Source of the DNA: a virus
Virus record (IMG/VR): IMGVR_UViG_3300012347_000106
Coordinates: 4,476-68,475 of that record
Reading direction: 5' to 3' (one strand)
Length of the DNA stretch: 64,000 nucleotides
Positions 19,205 through 27,832 of the stretch are shown here, piece by piece. The notes beneath the pieces were generated by a model, which saw only the letters and a program-made list of their open reading frames with translations, did no database searches and had not been told where the DNA came from. The position numbers and the translations under genes are program-made. The first letter of the stretch is position 1. Each line of letters starts with the position of its first letter.

Positions 19205-19783
19205 TTACGCTGCGTCGAGGCTGAAGGTGTATGTGATGTTCAGCGTGTCGCCAGACACCACAGTGCGGTCGCCGGGAGACTGGAAGTCCGCCTCAGAGAA
19301 CAACACACCGGAAGTGCCGCTGGCCACTGTGCACAGGAACGCCCCAGCCACCACGCCCCCAGCGCCTGTGATTGAAAAAGACGAAGGCGAAGCGCTGTTG
19401 CTGATGACGGATGGATCAGCCGTGGATGCCGTACCAAACGTGATGGCTTTGCGCGATCCAGAGTAGTCGGTAAACTCAGTCCACCCAGCGTGCGAAGCCA
19501 GTGTGTCGGCAGCGGCATACGCAGTTGCGGAGCCGGGTCCAGCCACCAATCCGAGGTAGAACGCAGCCGTGTAGGTCGAGCCCTTGAAGTACTGAGTGTT
19601 CATGCTCTGCAGACCTTCGTTGACCACGAGGTTGTGCACGCTGTCTTCCCATTTCAAGTTGCCGTCTTTGTCGAGGCACTGAACGTGGTACACACCGCCA
19701 CCCTGAGCGGCGGAGCCAAAACCTGTTTTCGCAAGCAAGCCTGCGGATGCGGCATCGCCGGAATGCGCTTTTTCTTTGAACAT
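19205..19783 (-). CDS. structural protein, hypothetical
   Basis: 192-aa ORF packed within the late operon. Confidence 0.5.
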   Translation of the reverse strand: MFKEKAHSGDAASAGLLAKTGFGSAAQGGGVYHVQCLDKDGNLKWEDSVHNLVVNEGLQSMNTQYFKGSTYTAAFYLGLVAGPGSATAYAAADTLASHAGWTEFTDYSGSRKAITFGTASTADPSVISNSASPSSFSITGAGGVVAGAFLCTVASGTSGVLFSEADFQSPGDRTVVSGDTLNITYTFSLDAA

Positions 19784-19794
19784 CTTAAACCTCT

Positions 19795-20211
19795 TTAGGA
19801 GATACGGATCAGCGCACTGGTCGCTGTGTTGGCGGGCATCTGCACCGTGAATGTTGTCGTGGCGGTTTTATCCGACCCGAAGTCCAACACCGCAATAGCC
19901 TTGTTGCTCTTGCTGGCATTGTAAATGAGGGCACCACGAGCAGTGAATGCTGCGGGGTCCCATGACGGATCGGCAAAGTCCACGTAAGCAGTGGTGTCAG
20001 CAGTCAGAACGGTAACGCCTGTCAGCGTCTTGCCGCCGGCCGTGTAACCTGTACCCGAGGTCTCACCCGCTGTGGTGTACACCGTGGTGGCTGCGCCGAG
20101 ATCGGCCGTGGCCAAGAACAACGCCATCTTGATGGTGTCCGTCTCAAGGTCGTGCACTCCAAGCAGGATATCCTGCTTGAAGCTCGTGGTGAGGGTTTGG
20201 TCAAATGCCAT
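19795..20211 (-). CDS. structural protein, hypothetical
   Basis: 138-aa ORF in the late operon. Confidence 0.5.
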   Translation of the reverse strand: MAFDQTLTTSFKQDILLGVHDLETDTIKMALFLATADLGAATTVYTTAGETSGTGYTAGGKTLTGVTVLTADTTAYVDFADPSWDPAAFTARGALIYNASKSNKAIAVLDFGSDKTATTTFTVQMPANTATSALIRIS

Positions 20212-20212
20212 T

Positions 20213-20887
20213 TCAGTTCACCGGTTGTCTGTACTGGCCAGAACGGTACGCGTCCTGACGTTCCATGCCATCGCCCAGACGTTTTGCCAGACCCAAAGCC
20301 TCGGTGTACTTGCTGTTGTACAACTGAACCATGTCGGCTTCGCCCTTCATGAATGTAACAGCCTCAACCAGAGCGCCGTACAGCAGCACGGAGTCAAAGT
20401 TGTCACCAAGCCAAGTCTCGCCAGCAGTGACGATCGACTCGGGGTAGTAGTAGTAGTGCAGCTCAACAGAGTACACAGCGCTGGGCGTTGGTCCAAGGAT
20501 CAGCGACAACTCGTTCGTGATGATCGGAGCTTCGTCGTTCGTGGTCGTTGGGCCAAACAGCGCGTAATACTTGGGGATGCCGGTGCTTGTCGGAGTGGGG
20601 TACGCCTGACGAATGAAGTTGACGTCCTTGTTGAGCAAAAACTCATACGCGCCCGCAGGGTCGATGACCGCCAAGGAGTACACCGCCAAGAAATCAGCAG
20701 GGGTGGACAGGTACTTGTTGTTTGTCGATGTGGAGCCCGTCACGTTCTTGCGCAACGAAGGGAACTGCACCGTGTTGTAGATGCGCTGCTCCGCCTGCTT
20801 GACGAACACCGGGATGTTGTCAATGAAGTCTTGGTCGAAGTTCTGCGTGTAATCGCAGATCGCAGCGGTCAACTGGGTGTAGTTCAT
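20213..20887 (-). CDS. structural protein, hypothetical
   Basis: 224-aa ORF in the late operon. Confidence 0.5.
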   Translation of the reverse strand: MNYTQLTAAICDYTQNFDQDFIDNIPVFVKQAEQRIYNTVQFPSLRKNVTGSTSTNNKYLSTPADFLAVYSLAVIDPAGAYEFLLNKDVNFIRQAYPTPTSTGIPKYYALFGPTTTNDEAPIITNELSLILGPTPSAVYSVELHYYYYPESIVTAGETWLGDNFDSVLLYGALVEAVTFMKGEADMVQLYNSKYTEALGLAKRLGDGMERQDAYRSGQYRQPVN

Positions 20888-20894
20888 GTTCGTA

Positions 20895-21161
20895 TCAGGC
20901 CATTGGGCCGCGAGCCATTACGCCCTTGGTGGCTGCGCCAGTACCGCGAATTTTGATGCCCGAGGTCTTGGTGGGGTATTCACCCTTGGACTTGTCGATG
21001 TTGCCGACACTTGCGTCCACCGTGCTCAGGTCGCTACGGTTCGGACCCTTGCCGGGGTTTGTCGAGGCTTTGACAGCCTTACCCGCCATGGTGTGCGGCT
21101 TGGCGTAGACGCCGGCTTGGCCAACTTCCTTGCCCATCATCTTTTTGCTGAATGTAGCCAT
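20895..21161 (-). CDS. small Lys/Gly-rich basic protein (paralog family member)
   Basis: 88 aa, highly basic. It shares K/G-rich motifs with 21164..21352, 22455..22688, 22690..22935 and 23158..23430. Confidence 0.45.
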   Translation of the reverse strand: MATFSKKMMGKEVGQAGVYAKPHTMAGKAVKASTNPGKGPNRSDLSTVDASVGNIDKSKGEYPTKTSGIKIRGTGAATKGVMARGPMA

Positions 21162-21163
21162 GA

Positions 21164-21352
21164 TTAGCCTCGCTTCTGTGCTGCGATTTTAGCCAAGTTG
21201 CGGCCCATCGACTTCATGTTGGCGTTGGTTTTGCCGCCGCCCTTGCCCTTGCCGCCATTTTGGATGGCAACTGATGGGCCGTCATCGCCCAGATTCTTGC
21301 CTTTTGTCTTGCCCTTGGAGGCGATGCCGTCTGCAGATCGTGTAAATGCCAT
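21164..21352 (-). CDS. small Lys/Gly-rich basic protein (paralog family member)
   Basis: 62 aa. TRSADGIASKGKTKGK resembles TRADGVVTKGHTKGK of 22690..22935. Confidence 0.4.
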   Translation of the reverse strand: MAFTRSADGIASKGKTKGKNLGDDGPSVAIQNGGKGKGGGKTNANMKSMGRNLAKIAAQKRG

Positions 21353-21362
21353 GATAGGCTCC

Positions 21363-21752
21363 TTAATTCGTCACTACCGTGACTGTACCAACAAAACCCG
21401 CTGCCACCAAGTCATTTGGCGTCAGCGCGGCATCGAAAAAGCTTGCCCCACCCACCGGGGCCCAACCCCATTGGATGTCCCGGCTACCACCGCCGTTGAA
21501 CCCATCCGCCAACAGACCTGAGGTCACGTACGTGGTATCCCGGCGTGGGTTGCGTAGAGCCTGCGGGTCGTCAACCGGGAACGTGCCCAGCATCAGCTGC
21601 GGTTGGTCCGGGTCCCAGCACTCAGAGCACACCAGCAGCTCGTACTTGCGCTGTTTAACGATCTCCGTCCGGAGCTCTTTGAGCTTGTACTGCTGCCCGC
21701 ACCGGTCGCACATGGCGATCGCGCGTTTGCCCGATGCGAACCGATTGGCCAT
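21363..21752 (-). CDS. zinc-ribbon-containing structural protein, hypothetical
   Basis: 129 aa with CDRC...CSEC Cys pairs. Confidence 0.45.
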   Translation of the reverse strand: MANRFASGKRAIAMCDRCGQQYKLKELRTEIVKQRKYELLVCSECWDPDQPQLMLGTFPVDDPQALRNPRRDTTYVTSGLLADGFNGGGSRDIQWGWAPVGGASFFDAALTPNDLVAAGFVGTVTVVTN

Positions 21753-22451
21753 TTAGGTCCCACCCCCGATGAACATGTGGCGTGGCACAAACCGGACGGC
21801 CGCTTTTTCGCGGTCTTCGCTTGACGCCAAGTCCCACGCTTCGTCATACTGGGCTTTGAGAATCTGGAGGCGATCCAATGCACCGGGCACCTTCATGGCC
21901 AGATAGTACGCCAGCCCAGCAATCATGGCGGGGATGAAGCGGAACGGCATATCCATCGTGTTCACGCCCTCACCGGCGTTCTGGATGCGGCGCAGACGCC
22001 AGTACACCAGCGTGTAGGTCTGCACGTTGTCTGGGACTGGCCACACAGTAAACCGTGGGGTGTTCAAGCGCTCAATCCAAATCTGGATCGGGCGCGCCTG
22101 AGTCAGTTTGTTGGGGATCGTGGCGTACGTAGAAACACTGATACGTGTGATGGTCAGGTCTGCTTGAGTCGACACACTGCCAGCACCGGTGCGGATGACG
22201 TGCTCCATCAAATCCACAGTGTCGGCCGGCAGCTCATATGTGGCCACGCCCGGCGTAAGCACCTGCGTGCCTTGCTCGAACGTCCACATGTTGACTCCGC
22301 GGTTGGCCCAATCAGCGAACAGCAGGTTCAGCGAACGTCGGGCTGTGCGCAGGTCGTAGCCAGTCCGCATCTCCGAGCCCACGCGCTCGAACGCCTCCTC
22401 GACGATTTCAGTCAGGTCGACGTTGAAGTTTGCGACTCCGGATGTGGTCAT
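21753..22451 (-). CDS. head-tail joining/adaptor-like protein, hypothetical
   Basis: 232-aa ORF in the head-tail connector region of the late operon. Confidence 0.45.
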   Translation of the reverse strand: MTTSGVANFNVDLTEIVEEAFERVGSEMRTGYDLRTARRSLNLLFADWANRGVNMWTFEQGTQVLTPGVATYELPADTVDLMEHVIRTGAGSVSTQADLTITRISVSTYATIPNKLTQARPIQIWIERLNTPRFTVWPVPDNVQTYTLVYWRLRRIQNAGEGVNTMDMPFRFIPAMIAGLAYYLAMKVPGALDRLQILKAQYDEAWDLASSEDREKAAVRFVPRHMFIGGGT

Positions 22452-22454
22452 GAT

Positions 22455-22688
22455 TTACTTCTTTGCGGTTTTGGCAGAGTCGATGAACGCCTGCGCGGTA
22501 GGGGCACCTTTTTGCCCCGGTTTGCGCATCTTAGCCCCACGAGCCCGCTTGGCGTTGATGTTGGCGTACAGCCCCACAGGACCGCCTTCAGCGTACTGCG
22601 TGAAGTCGGTGTCATCCCGGCGCGCTTTTTTAACGCCGCCGGGCATTTTAGAGGGGGCGATGGCCCCCATTCCGCGGCTGGCTCGCAT
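22455..22688 (-). CDS. small Lys/Gly-rich basic protein (paralog family member)
   Basis: 77 aa, very basic. Confidence 0.45.
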   Translation of the reverse strand: MRASRGMGAIAPSKMPGGVKKARRDDTDFTQYAEGGPVGLYANINAKRARGAKMRKPGQKGAPTAQAFIDSAKTAKK

Positions 22689-22689
22689 G

Positions 22690-22935
22690 TTACTTCTTCT
22701 TGGCCATGCCGCCGCTGCACATAGCGATCTGCTTGCCCTTGGTGTGACCCTTGGTCACGACGCCATCTGCGCGGGTTACGCCGCCGGACTTGAGACCGGC
22801 ATGAGCCTTGGAAGCGGGCATGCTGGCGTGCTTGGCCAACGAGTCAGCGCCGCCTTTTTTCTTGTCCATCATCGCCTTGAAACCGGCGTTCATTTTTGTA
22901 GCCATGGTGTACCACCTTTGAGAATGCGGGTTCAA
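22690..22935 (-). CDS. small Lys/Gly-rich basic protein (paralog family member)
   Basis: 81 aa, very basic. Confidence 0.45.
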   Translation of the reverse strand: MNPHSQRWYTMATKMNAGFKAMMDKKKGGADSLAKHASMPASKAHAGLKSGGVTRADGVVTKGHTKGKQIAMCSGGMAKKK

Positions 22936-22952
22936 CCGCGGTTGGAAATTCG

Positions 22953-23156
22953 TTACTCTTGCCCAGAATCGGGCTTCTTACGGCGGATCAACTCCGCAAA
23001 CGGCTTGCCCGTCACCATCTCTGCGATACGCATCAGGGTCCAGACAGCACCAATCAAACCAAACACAGGGGTCAACATCTGCAAAAAGGACCCAATTGCT
23101 GCAAACACAGAAAGAATGTCCATCGTGTTCTTTACGGTGTCGTGGTTTTGTGTCAT
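22953..23156 (-). CDS. small membrane protein
   Basis: 67 aa with one or two hydrophobic helices. Confidence 0.4.
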   Translation of the reverse strand: MTQNHDTVKNTMDILSVFAAIGSFLQMLTPVFGLIGAVWTLMRIAEMVTGKPFAELIRRKKPDSGQE

Positions 23157-23157
23157 T

Positions 23158-23430
23158 TCAGCACTTCCATCTTGCCAGTGAAGCCGCCTTGCGGGTTGGC
23201 TGCCCCTTTTCGTCCTTCATCGGGCCGGGCATGCCCGACATCCGTGCGCAGAACGAGTCCTTGCGCGCGCCACCTTGGGGCTGTGGAGCCTTCAGGTTAC
23301 TTCCGGTCTCCCGGTTGTACTTGGCGCGACCCTTTGCAGTCAAGCCCGCCCCTTTGGAGACCGGCAGCTTTTCGCCACGGCCAACCGCAAGGGAGGGGCC
23401 TTTCTTTTTTGGGGCTGCTGCTTTAGCCAT
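23158..23430 (-). CDS. small Lys/Gly-rich basic protein (paralog family member)
   Basis: 90 aa, very basic (MAKAAAPKKKG...). Confidence 0.45.
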   Translation of the reverse strand: MAKAAAPKKKGPSLAVGRGEKLPVSKGAGLTAKGRAKYNRETGSNLKAPQPQGGARKDSFCARMSGMPGPMKDEKGQPTRKAASLARWKC

Positions 23431-23719
23431 AGAACACCGTTACCGATGCAATATTGGTCAGTGTTGCATACACATCGGTCTCAAACAAAACGCCTTCCTG
23501 TGGAATAGCCACATAGAACGAGTTGGGGTTTGAGTTGGATGGGATGTCAATTTCAATCAGCGTTGTGCCGCTGGAGCCGCCGTCTTTCAACAGGAGCGTG
23601 CCCGCTGCGCTTGCAGTTGCGCAAATCGAAAACCCTTTGACCCGTGTACGACCTGCGTAGACGGAGCCAGAAGCGTTGACGTGTTTTGCGCTTACATCAC
23701 CTTGCATTGCCATAATCAA
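23423..23719 (-). CDS. small beta-rich head-associated protein, hypothetical
   Basis: 98-aa ORF overlapping its downstream neighbour by 8 nt. Confidence 0.45.
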   Translation of the reverse strand: MIMAMQGDVSAKHVNASGSVYAGRTRVKGFSICATASAAGTLLLKDGGSSGTTLIEIDIPSNSNPNSFYVAIPQEGVLFETDVYATLTNIASVTVFYG

Positions 23720-23756
23720 TCTCCTTTAAAGCAGGGGCCGAAGCCCCCGAGATCAA

Positions 23757-24158
23757 TTAAGCTGCAACGGCGCCGTTCAATGCAACGATGGCCCAGCCGG
23801 CAGCGGTGTACACCAGAGTGGCGGACTCGCCGACACCGGTGAACGTGATGGTGGAGAAGCCAATCTTTGTGGTGGGTGTCAACACAGCGGAGCCGCCGTC
23901 AACAGTGTGCACAATGGTCTTCAGCTGGCCGGCAGTGCCGTCAGCCAAAGTCAGGGCTTGAGCCGAACCTGTGGAGGTCAGCGAGGTGACCATGTTGGTG
24001 ACGTCAACGGCGCCGGCGCCAGACAAAGCTTGTACGCCACCAACGAGGGCGTTGCCAACAGACGAAGTGACGGTTACAGCGCCGGTGGTGGAGCTGATGG
24101 AAATGGTTTGGAAGCCGTTCTGCGAGCGAACTGGGCCGGAGAAGGTGGTATTAGCCAT
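23757..24158 (-). CDS. Thr/Ser/Gly-rich beta protein (possible head decoration or tail tube-like protein)
   Basis: 133 aa. First gene after the capsid gene terminator. Confidence 0.5.
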   Translation of the reverse strand: MANTTFSGPVRSQNGFQTISISSTTGAVTVTSSVGNALVGGVQALSGAGAVDVTNMVTSLTSTGSAQALTLADGTAGQLKTIVHTVDGGSAVLTPTTKIGFSTITFTGVGESATLVYTAAGWAIVALNGAVAA

Positions 24159-24255
24159 GATGATTCCTCATGCGGTTAAGGCGTATCTGTCTGCATGACG
24201 TCGGCCCGGAGCCGTCAGATACACCGGAAAAGTCCGGGGGTGTGTGCAATATACC

Positions 24256-24285
24256 CCAAAAGAAAAGGGCCCACAAGGGGCCCTT
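24256..24285 (-). terminator. intrinsic terminator downstream of major capsid gene
   Basis: On the minus strand: GGGCCCCTTGTGGGCCC hairpin followed by TTTTCTTTT, 20-30 nt after the capsid gene stop. Confidence 0.6.
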
Positions 24286-24307
24286 CTCAAATATTCCCGA
24301 AGGAATA

Positions 24308-25216
24308 TTAAGCGCCGGGAGAACCGTAAGCGCCCAGTGGGTCAGACACGCCGAAGCTGTAACGCTCGCGGGCCTTGTAACGGACGTTGCCGGTGTCGAA
24401 GTCACCGTCCATGGAGTTGCTCAAAGGCGAACGCACGAAGTGCTTCAGACCGTTAGGCACGTCAGTCATCAAGAACCAAGCGTTTGTGTCAGTCAAGAAG
24501 TGGTTCACGGTGTAACCACCGGGGATCGAACCGTTGTTCTTGATGGCGTTGATGTCGTTGTCGGTTGTACCAACGCGCAGTTCTGTTTCCAGCAGGCGGG
24601 TAGCGACGAACATCAATGCTGGTGGAACCACCAACTTCTTAGGCTTGGCTGCGATCAGCAGGCCGCGTTCGTCTGTCCAAGCAGCGATCTGAATGACAGC
24701 GTTTTCCAACGATGTTTCGTTCAAGTCGGCAGCAGTGGCAGGGCGGTTGCTGTTGACGCCACCAGAGATCAGGGGGTGGGCTGTCGAGAACAGAACTTGA
24801 CCGTCACCATAAGTGGGGCCACCGGCAAAGCCGTTGTTCAGAACCGAGGCAGCTTTGACCTGCTTGGTGTAAGCCATACCACGGGCCAGAGCCTTGGTGT
24901 AGCGGCTGGACAACGAGTCATACAAGTTGTCTTCCACTGCTTCTTCCGTGATGGAGAAGCCCATTGCAATGGTTTCGTGGGTGTAACGAGCAGTCCATGC
25001 TTCTTGTGCGTTGTCATAAGCGATGGCAGAGCCTTCGTTCTTGACAGGAGCAGCGGAGAAGCCCGACAGCTTGGTTTCTTCTTCAAAGCTACGCTCCGAG
25101 GACTCGGTTTCGTAGATTTCTTTGTGCTCTTCGCCGTACTTAGCGTACTCCAGACCGAACAAAGCGTTCAGGCCGGGGAGCAATTCCTTGAGCAGTTGTG
25201 CGCGTGAAATAGCCAT
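24308..25216 (-). CDS. major capsid protein (HK97-fold type)
   Basis: 302 aa. It follows the scaffold and decoration-like genes, is followed by a strong terminator, and has a composition typical of HK97-fold coat proteins. Confidence 0.65.
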   Translation of the reverse strand: MAISRAQLLKELLPGLNALFGLEYAKYGEEHKEIYETESSERSFEEETKLSGFSAAPVKNEGSAIAYDNAQEAWTARYTHETIAMGFSITEEAVEDNLYDSLSSRYTKALARGMAYTKQVKAASVLNNGFAGGPTYGDGQVLFSTAHPLISGGVNSNRPATAADLNETSLENAVIQIAAWTDERGLLIAAKPKKLVVPPALMFVATRLLETELRVGTTDNDINAIKNNGSIPGGYTVNHFLTDTNAWFLMTDVPNGLKHFVRSPLSNSMDGDFDTGNVRYKARERYSFGVSDPLGAYGSPGA

Positions 25217-25226
25217 GGTTTACTCC

Positions 25227-25805
25227 TTAAACACCGGTGGTGCTGTTGTATTGGTGGGTGTTGATTTTCACCAACAGTTCCACATACGAATCCGAACCGG
25301 TTGCTGTGTCAGGCACAACGTCGATCACGCGGATTGGCAAAGTGGCGGTGGTGTTTGTGCTGGAGCTCAACACTGCGACGCCGGAATCACCAGTTGTGGT
25401 GTTGCCTGCGTTCTGCACCAAGGCCATGTTGGAACCCACCACGCTGCGGCTCACGCCAGCAATCACGGTAGTGCCCGACACGACGGCCACTTTGAACAGA
25501 GCTTGCTGGTCGTCAACCACATAACCCACTGGGTTGGTGGCGCCGGCTGGCAGGTTCTGAGCGTAAACGGTTTGGCCCAAGGAGTTTGTGTAGGAACCGC
25601 CAACGAACACACCGCAAGGGGTGGCTGCTGTGGTGCCGGTGTCCTTGTTCAGGTAACCGTCAACGATGAGCACTGCGTCACCAAAAAAGGTGGCAGTGTA
25701 GCCAGATGCCATAGGAATCTGGCGGAAGGCGCCTGCGTACGGTTTGCCATCAAGAGAGTTGATGGGTTTCAGACCGTACGGAGCGCTGACTGTTGGATAA
25801 GCCAT
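25227..25805 (-). CDS. capsid-associated protein (possible decoration protein)
   Basis: 192-aa beta-rich ORF between the scaffold-side genes and the capsid gene. Confidence 0.5.
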   Translation of the reverse strand: MAYPTVSAPYGLKPINSLDGKPYAGAFRQIPMASGYTATFFGDAVLIVDGYLNKDTGTTAATPCGVFVGGSYTNSLGQTVYAQNLPAGATNPVGYVVDDQQALFKVAVVSGTTVIAGVSRSVVGSNMALVQNAGNTTTGDSGVAVLSSSTNTTATLPIRVIDVVPDTATGSDSYVELLVKINTHQYNSTTGV

Positions 25806-25823
25806 GTTAATACCCCAAAAAAG

Positions 25824-26276
25824 TTAAATACCCTTACCGAAAGTGACTTTGGTGCTGCGTTCTTTGAACATAGGCATCCGTGGGTCATTCTCGCGCATGT
25901 AGGTGTTGTCCACTGATTGCATCTGCGCGTCAGCTTGTTGGCTGTAATACGCATTCCGCTGGTCAACGAACTCCACCGGGGTTTTGCAGAGCAACAGACC
26001 GCCGACTTGAACCGAATCAGGGAACCGCTTGTCATCGGTACCGAAGAGACGAATCTCGGGGTGGTCAGAAGCCCGTACAGGTTCCCAGCCTTCGCGGAGC
26101 TTTGACGAAATATTGGTCGCGTCATCCTTGTTCAGCGTGCTGATACGAATCCAACGGAACGCATAGCCCGGCTCCGGTGTGGGGTCGGGCAGAAGTTGGG
26201 GCGGCAGCCACTTCGCTGGGCGAGTGGTGGATGCACGAGTCGTCAGATCACGCTTATCACGAATTTGTTCAGCCAT
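25824..26276 (-). CDS. hypothetical head morphogenesis protein
   Basis: 150-aa ORF. Confidence 0.45.
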   Translation of the reverse strand: MAEQIRDKRDLTTRASTTRPAKWLPPQLLPDPTPEPGYAFRWIRISTLNKDDATNISSKLREGWEPVRASDHPEIRLFGTDDKRFPDSVQVGGLLLCKTPVEFVDQRNAYYSQQADAQMQSVDNTYMRENDPRMPMFKERSTKVTFGKGI

Positions 26277-26277
26277 T

Positions 26278-27231
26278 TTATTTCCTCATTTCTTCCGCAA
26301 CCTTACGCGCATAGAGTTCCAAAGGAACACCCAGCCGCTTGGCGATTTCGACCTGCGATTTGGTAAGTACGACCTTTCGGGGCGCAGTACTCCGCGTTGC
26401 CGGTGCGACAACATTCGATGTTTTCGGCGAAGGAGTCGCATCCGCCGGCTTCTCAGACTCGAATGCATCTGAGAATCTTCCCCGCATTTCGGCGTCGATT
26501 GCCTTGTAGTAATCGTCGCTGCCTAAGGTAATCCCATTGTCAACCAGTTCAGAATGAAAGCCAAGTGCGTAAGCTGTCATCTTCTTGTTGTTCCCCCACC
26601 ACGGATTGCGGTCTTGCCACGCGCGCAGTTTCGGGTCAACTTGTGGCTCTGGTTGAGCTTGTTGCTGAGTTTGTACCTCAGTTTCTGTATCTTGTAAAGG
26701 GGTAGGACGGAAATTCTGCACACGGTCCACATTCAGCTTGGCCGTGGTCAGTGCTTCCTGCGCGTCAACCAGCGCATCAGAGTCGCCAGCTTCATACGCC
26801 GCCTTGTACTTGGCCTTGGCTTTTTCCATCTCATTGGCAGCCACCAACTTGGCCTGCTCAATGTAGGCGGTCTGGCCGTGAGACAGCGTGCCCTTGAGCT
26901 TCTTGTTCTCTTCAATGATGGCCTGCGCCATACGAACAGCTTCCTCGCGCTCACGCACGGCGGCCTCTTTGGCACGGCGCTCTTCGTGGTAGCCCTTGGT
27001 GAAGTGCTGGATGCGCTTGCGCACGCTCTCGTCGTACTTGGACAGCTCGTCGTCGGTCACGTCCTTGGGCGGCTCGGCCATCGGCTTGCGGCCGCGGTCG
27101 GCTTCAGGGGTGTCGTCAACGACTTCGATTTCAGGCTTCTCTTCGGCCTCAGGCGCCACCACCGCGCCGCCCTTGCGGGGATTCTCCTCGACCTCGTCGG
27201 GGAACTCGAATTCAGTTTTTTCGATGTTCAT
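26278..27231 (-). CDS. scaffolding protein
   Basis: 317 aa, acidic, Glu/Lys/Ala-rich and helical/coiled-coil. Lies between the portal and capsid genes. Confidence 0.6.
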   Translation of the reverse strand: MNIEKTEFEFPDEVEENPRKGGAVVAPEAEEKPEIEVVDDTPEADRGRKPMAEPPKDVTDDELSKYDESVRKRIQHFTKGYHEERRAKEAAVREREEAVRMAQAIIEENKKLKGTLSHGQTAYIEQAKLVAANEMEKAKAKYKAAYEAGDSDALVDAQEALTTAKLNVDRVQNFRPTPLQDTETEVQTQQQAQPEPQVDPKLRAWQDRNPWWGNNKKMTAYALGFHSELVDNGITLGSDDYYKAIDAEMRGRFSDAFESEKPADATPSPKTSNVVAPATRSTAPRKVVLTKSQVEIAKRLGVPLELYARKVAEEMRK

Positions 27232-27240
27232 GGCTGCTCC

Positions 27241-27642
27241 TTATGGACGTTGGATGCCGCGGGGGTCTTGGACAACCGCTTCGACGGAGTCATCATTGAT
27301 GAGTCGCCACTCGGTGCCGTGAATCTTCATGCGGGTGCCGCTGTTCGGGCGAACCAACACGAAGTCGCCGACCTTGCAGCTTGCACCGCTCGGGAACCGC
27401 TTCTCGTCTTTAAAGGCATCAGGGCCCATCTTTGCCACGAACAGCACTGGAGACAGCAGCTCTTCGTGCATCATGGTCTGGCTGGCTTTAAGCAAGCCGC
27501 CTTCGTACTCTTCTTTGGCCTCTGGAAGCATGCACAGGAGGTGGTATGTCACTGGGTCGGGAATCTGCTTGGCTTTGTCCTCAACAGGCTTGTTGAGCAG
27601 GCCAGACAGGTCCACCGCTTGGACGTCGAAGTTAGTCGTCAT
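27241..27642 (-). CDS. hypothetical protein
   Basis: 133-aa ORF. Confidence 0.45.
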   Translation of the reverse strand: MTTNFDVQAVDLSGLLNKPVEDKAKQIPDPVTYHLLCMLPEAKEEYEGGLLKASQTMMHEELLSPVLFVAKMGPDAFKDEKRFPSGASCKVGDFVLVRPNSGTRMKIHGTEWRLINDDSVEAVVQDPRGIQRP

Positions 27643-27832
27643 CGTTCTCTTTCAGTCTACGCAGGAGGTCGTTGATTTCGGACTGTGCGGTCAACAGACC
27701 CCGGATAACCCCGCACAGGTTTTGGTAGGCGGGGTAGTCTTTAGCCACCCCGTCACCCAAACTTTCAATCAGTTCTTGGCGCCGCGTCTCCAACTTTTCA
27801 TGGAGGAGATCAAGTACTTTGCTGTCCATCAC
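27632..27832 (-). CDS. hypothetical small protein
   Basis: 66-aa ORF overlapping the portal gene stop by 4 nt. Confidence 0.4.
   Translation of the reverse strand: MMDSKVLDLLHEKLETRRQELIESLGDGVAKDYPAYQNLCGVIRGLLTAQSEINDLLRRLKENDDD

Noticed and set aside
24170-25207. 345-aa plus-strand ORF opposite the major capsid gene
   Set aside because: Antisense to the capsid gene. Val/Gly/His/Cys-rich with no start context.
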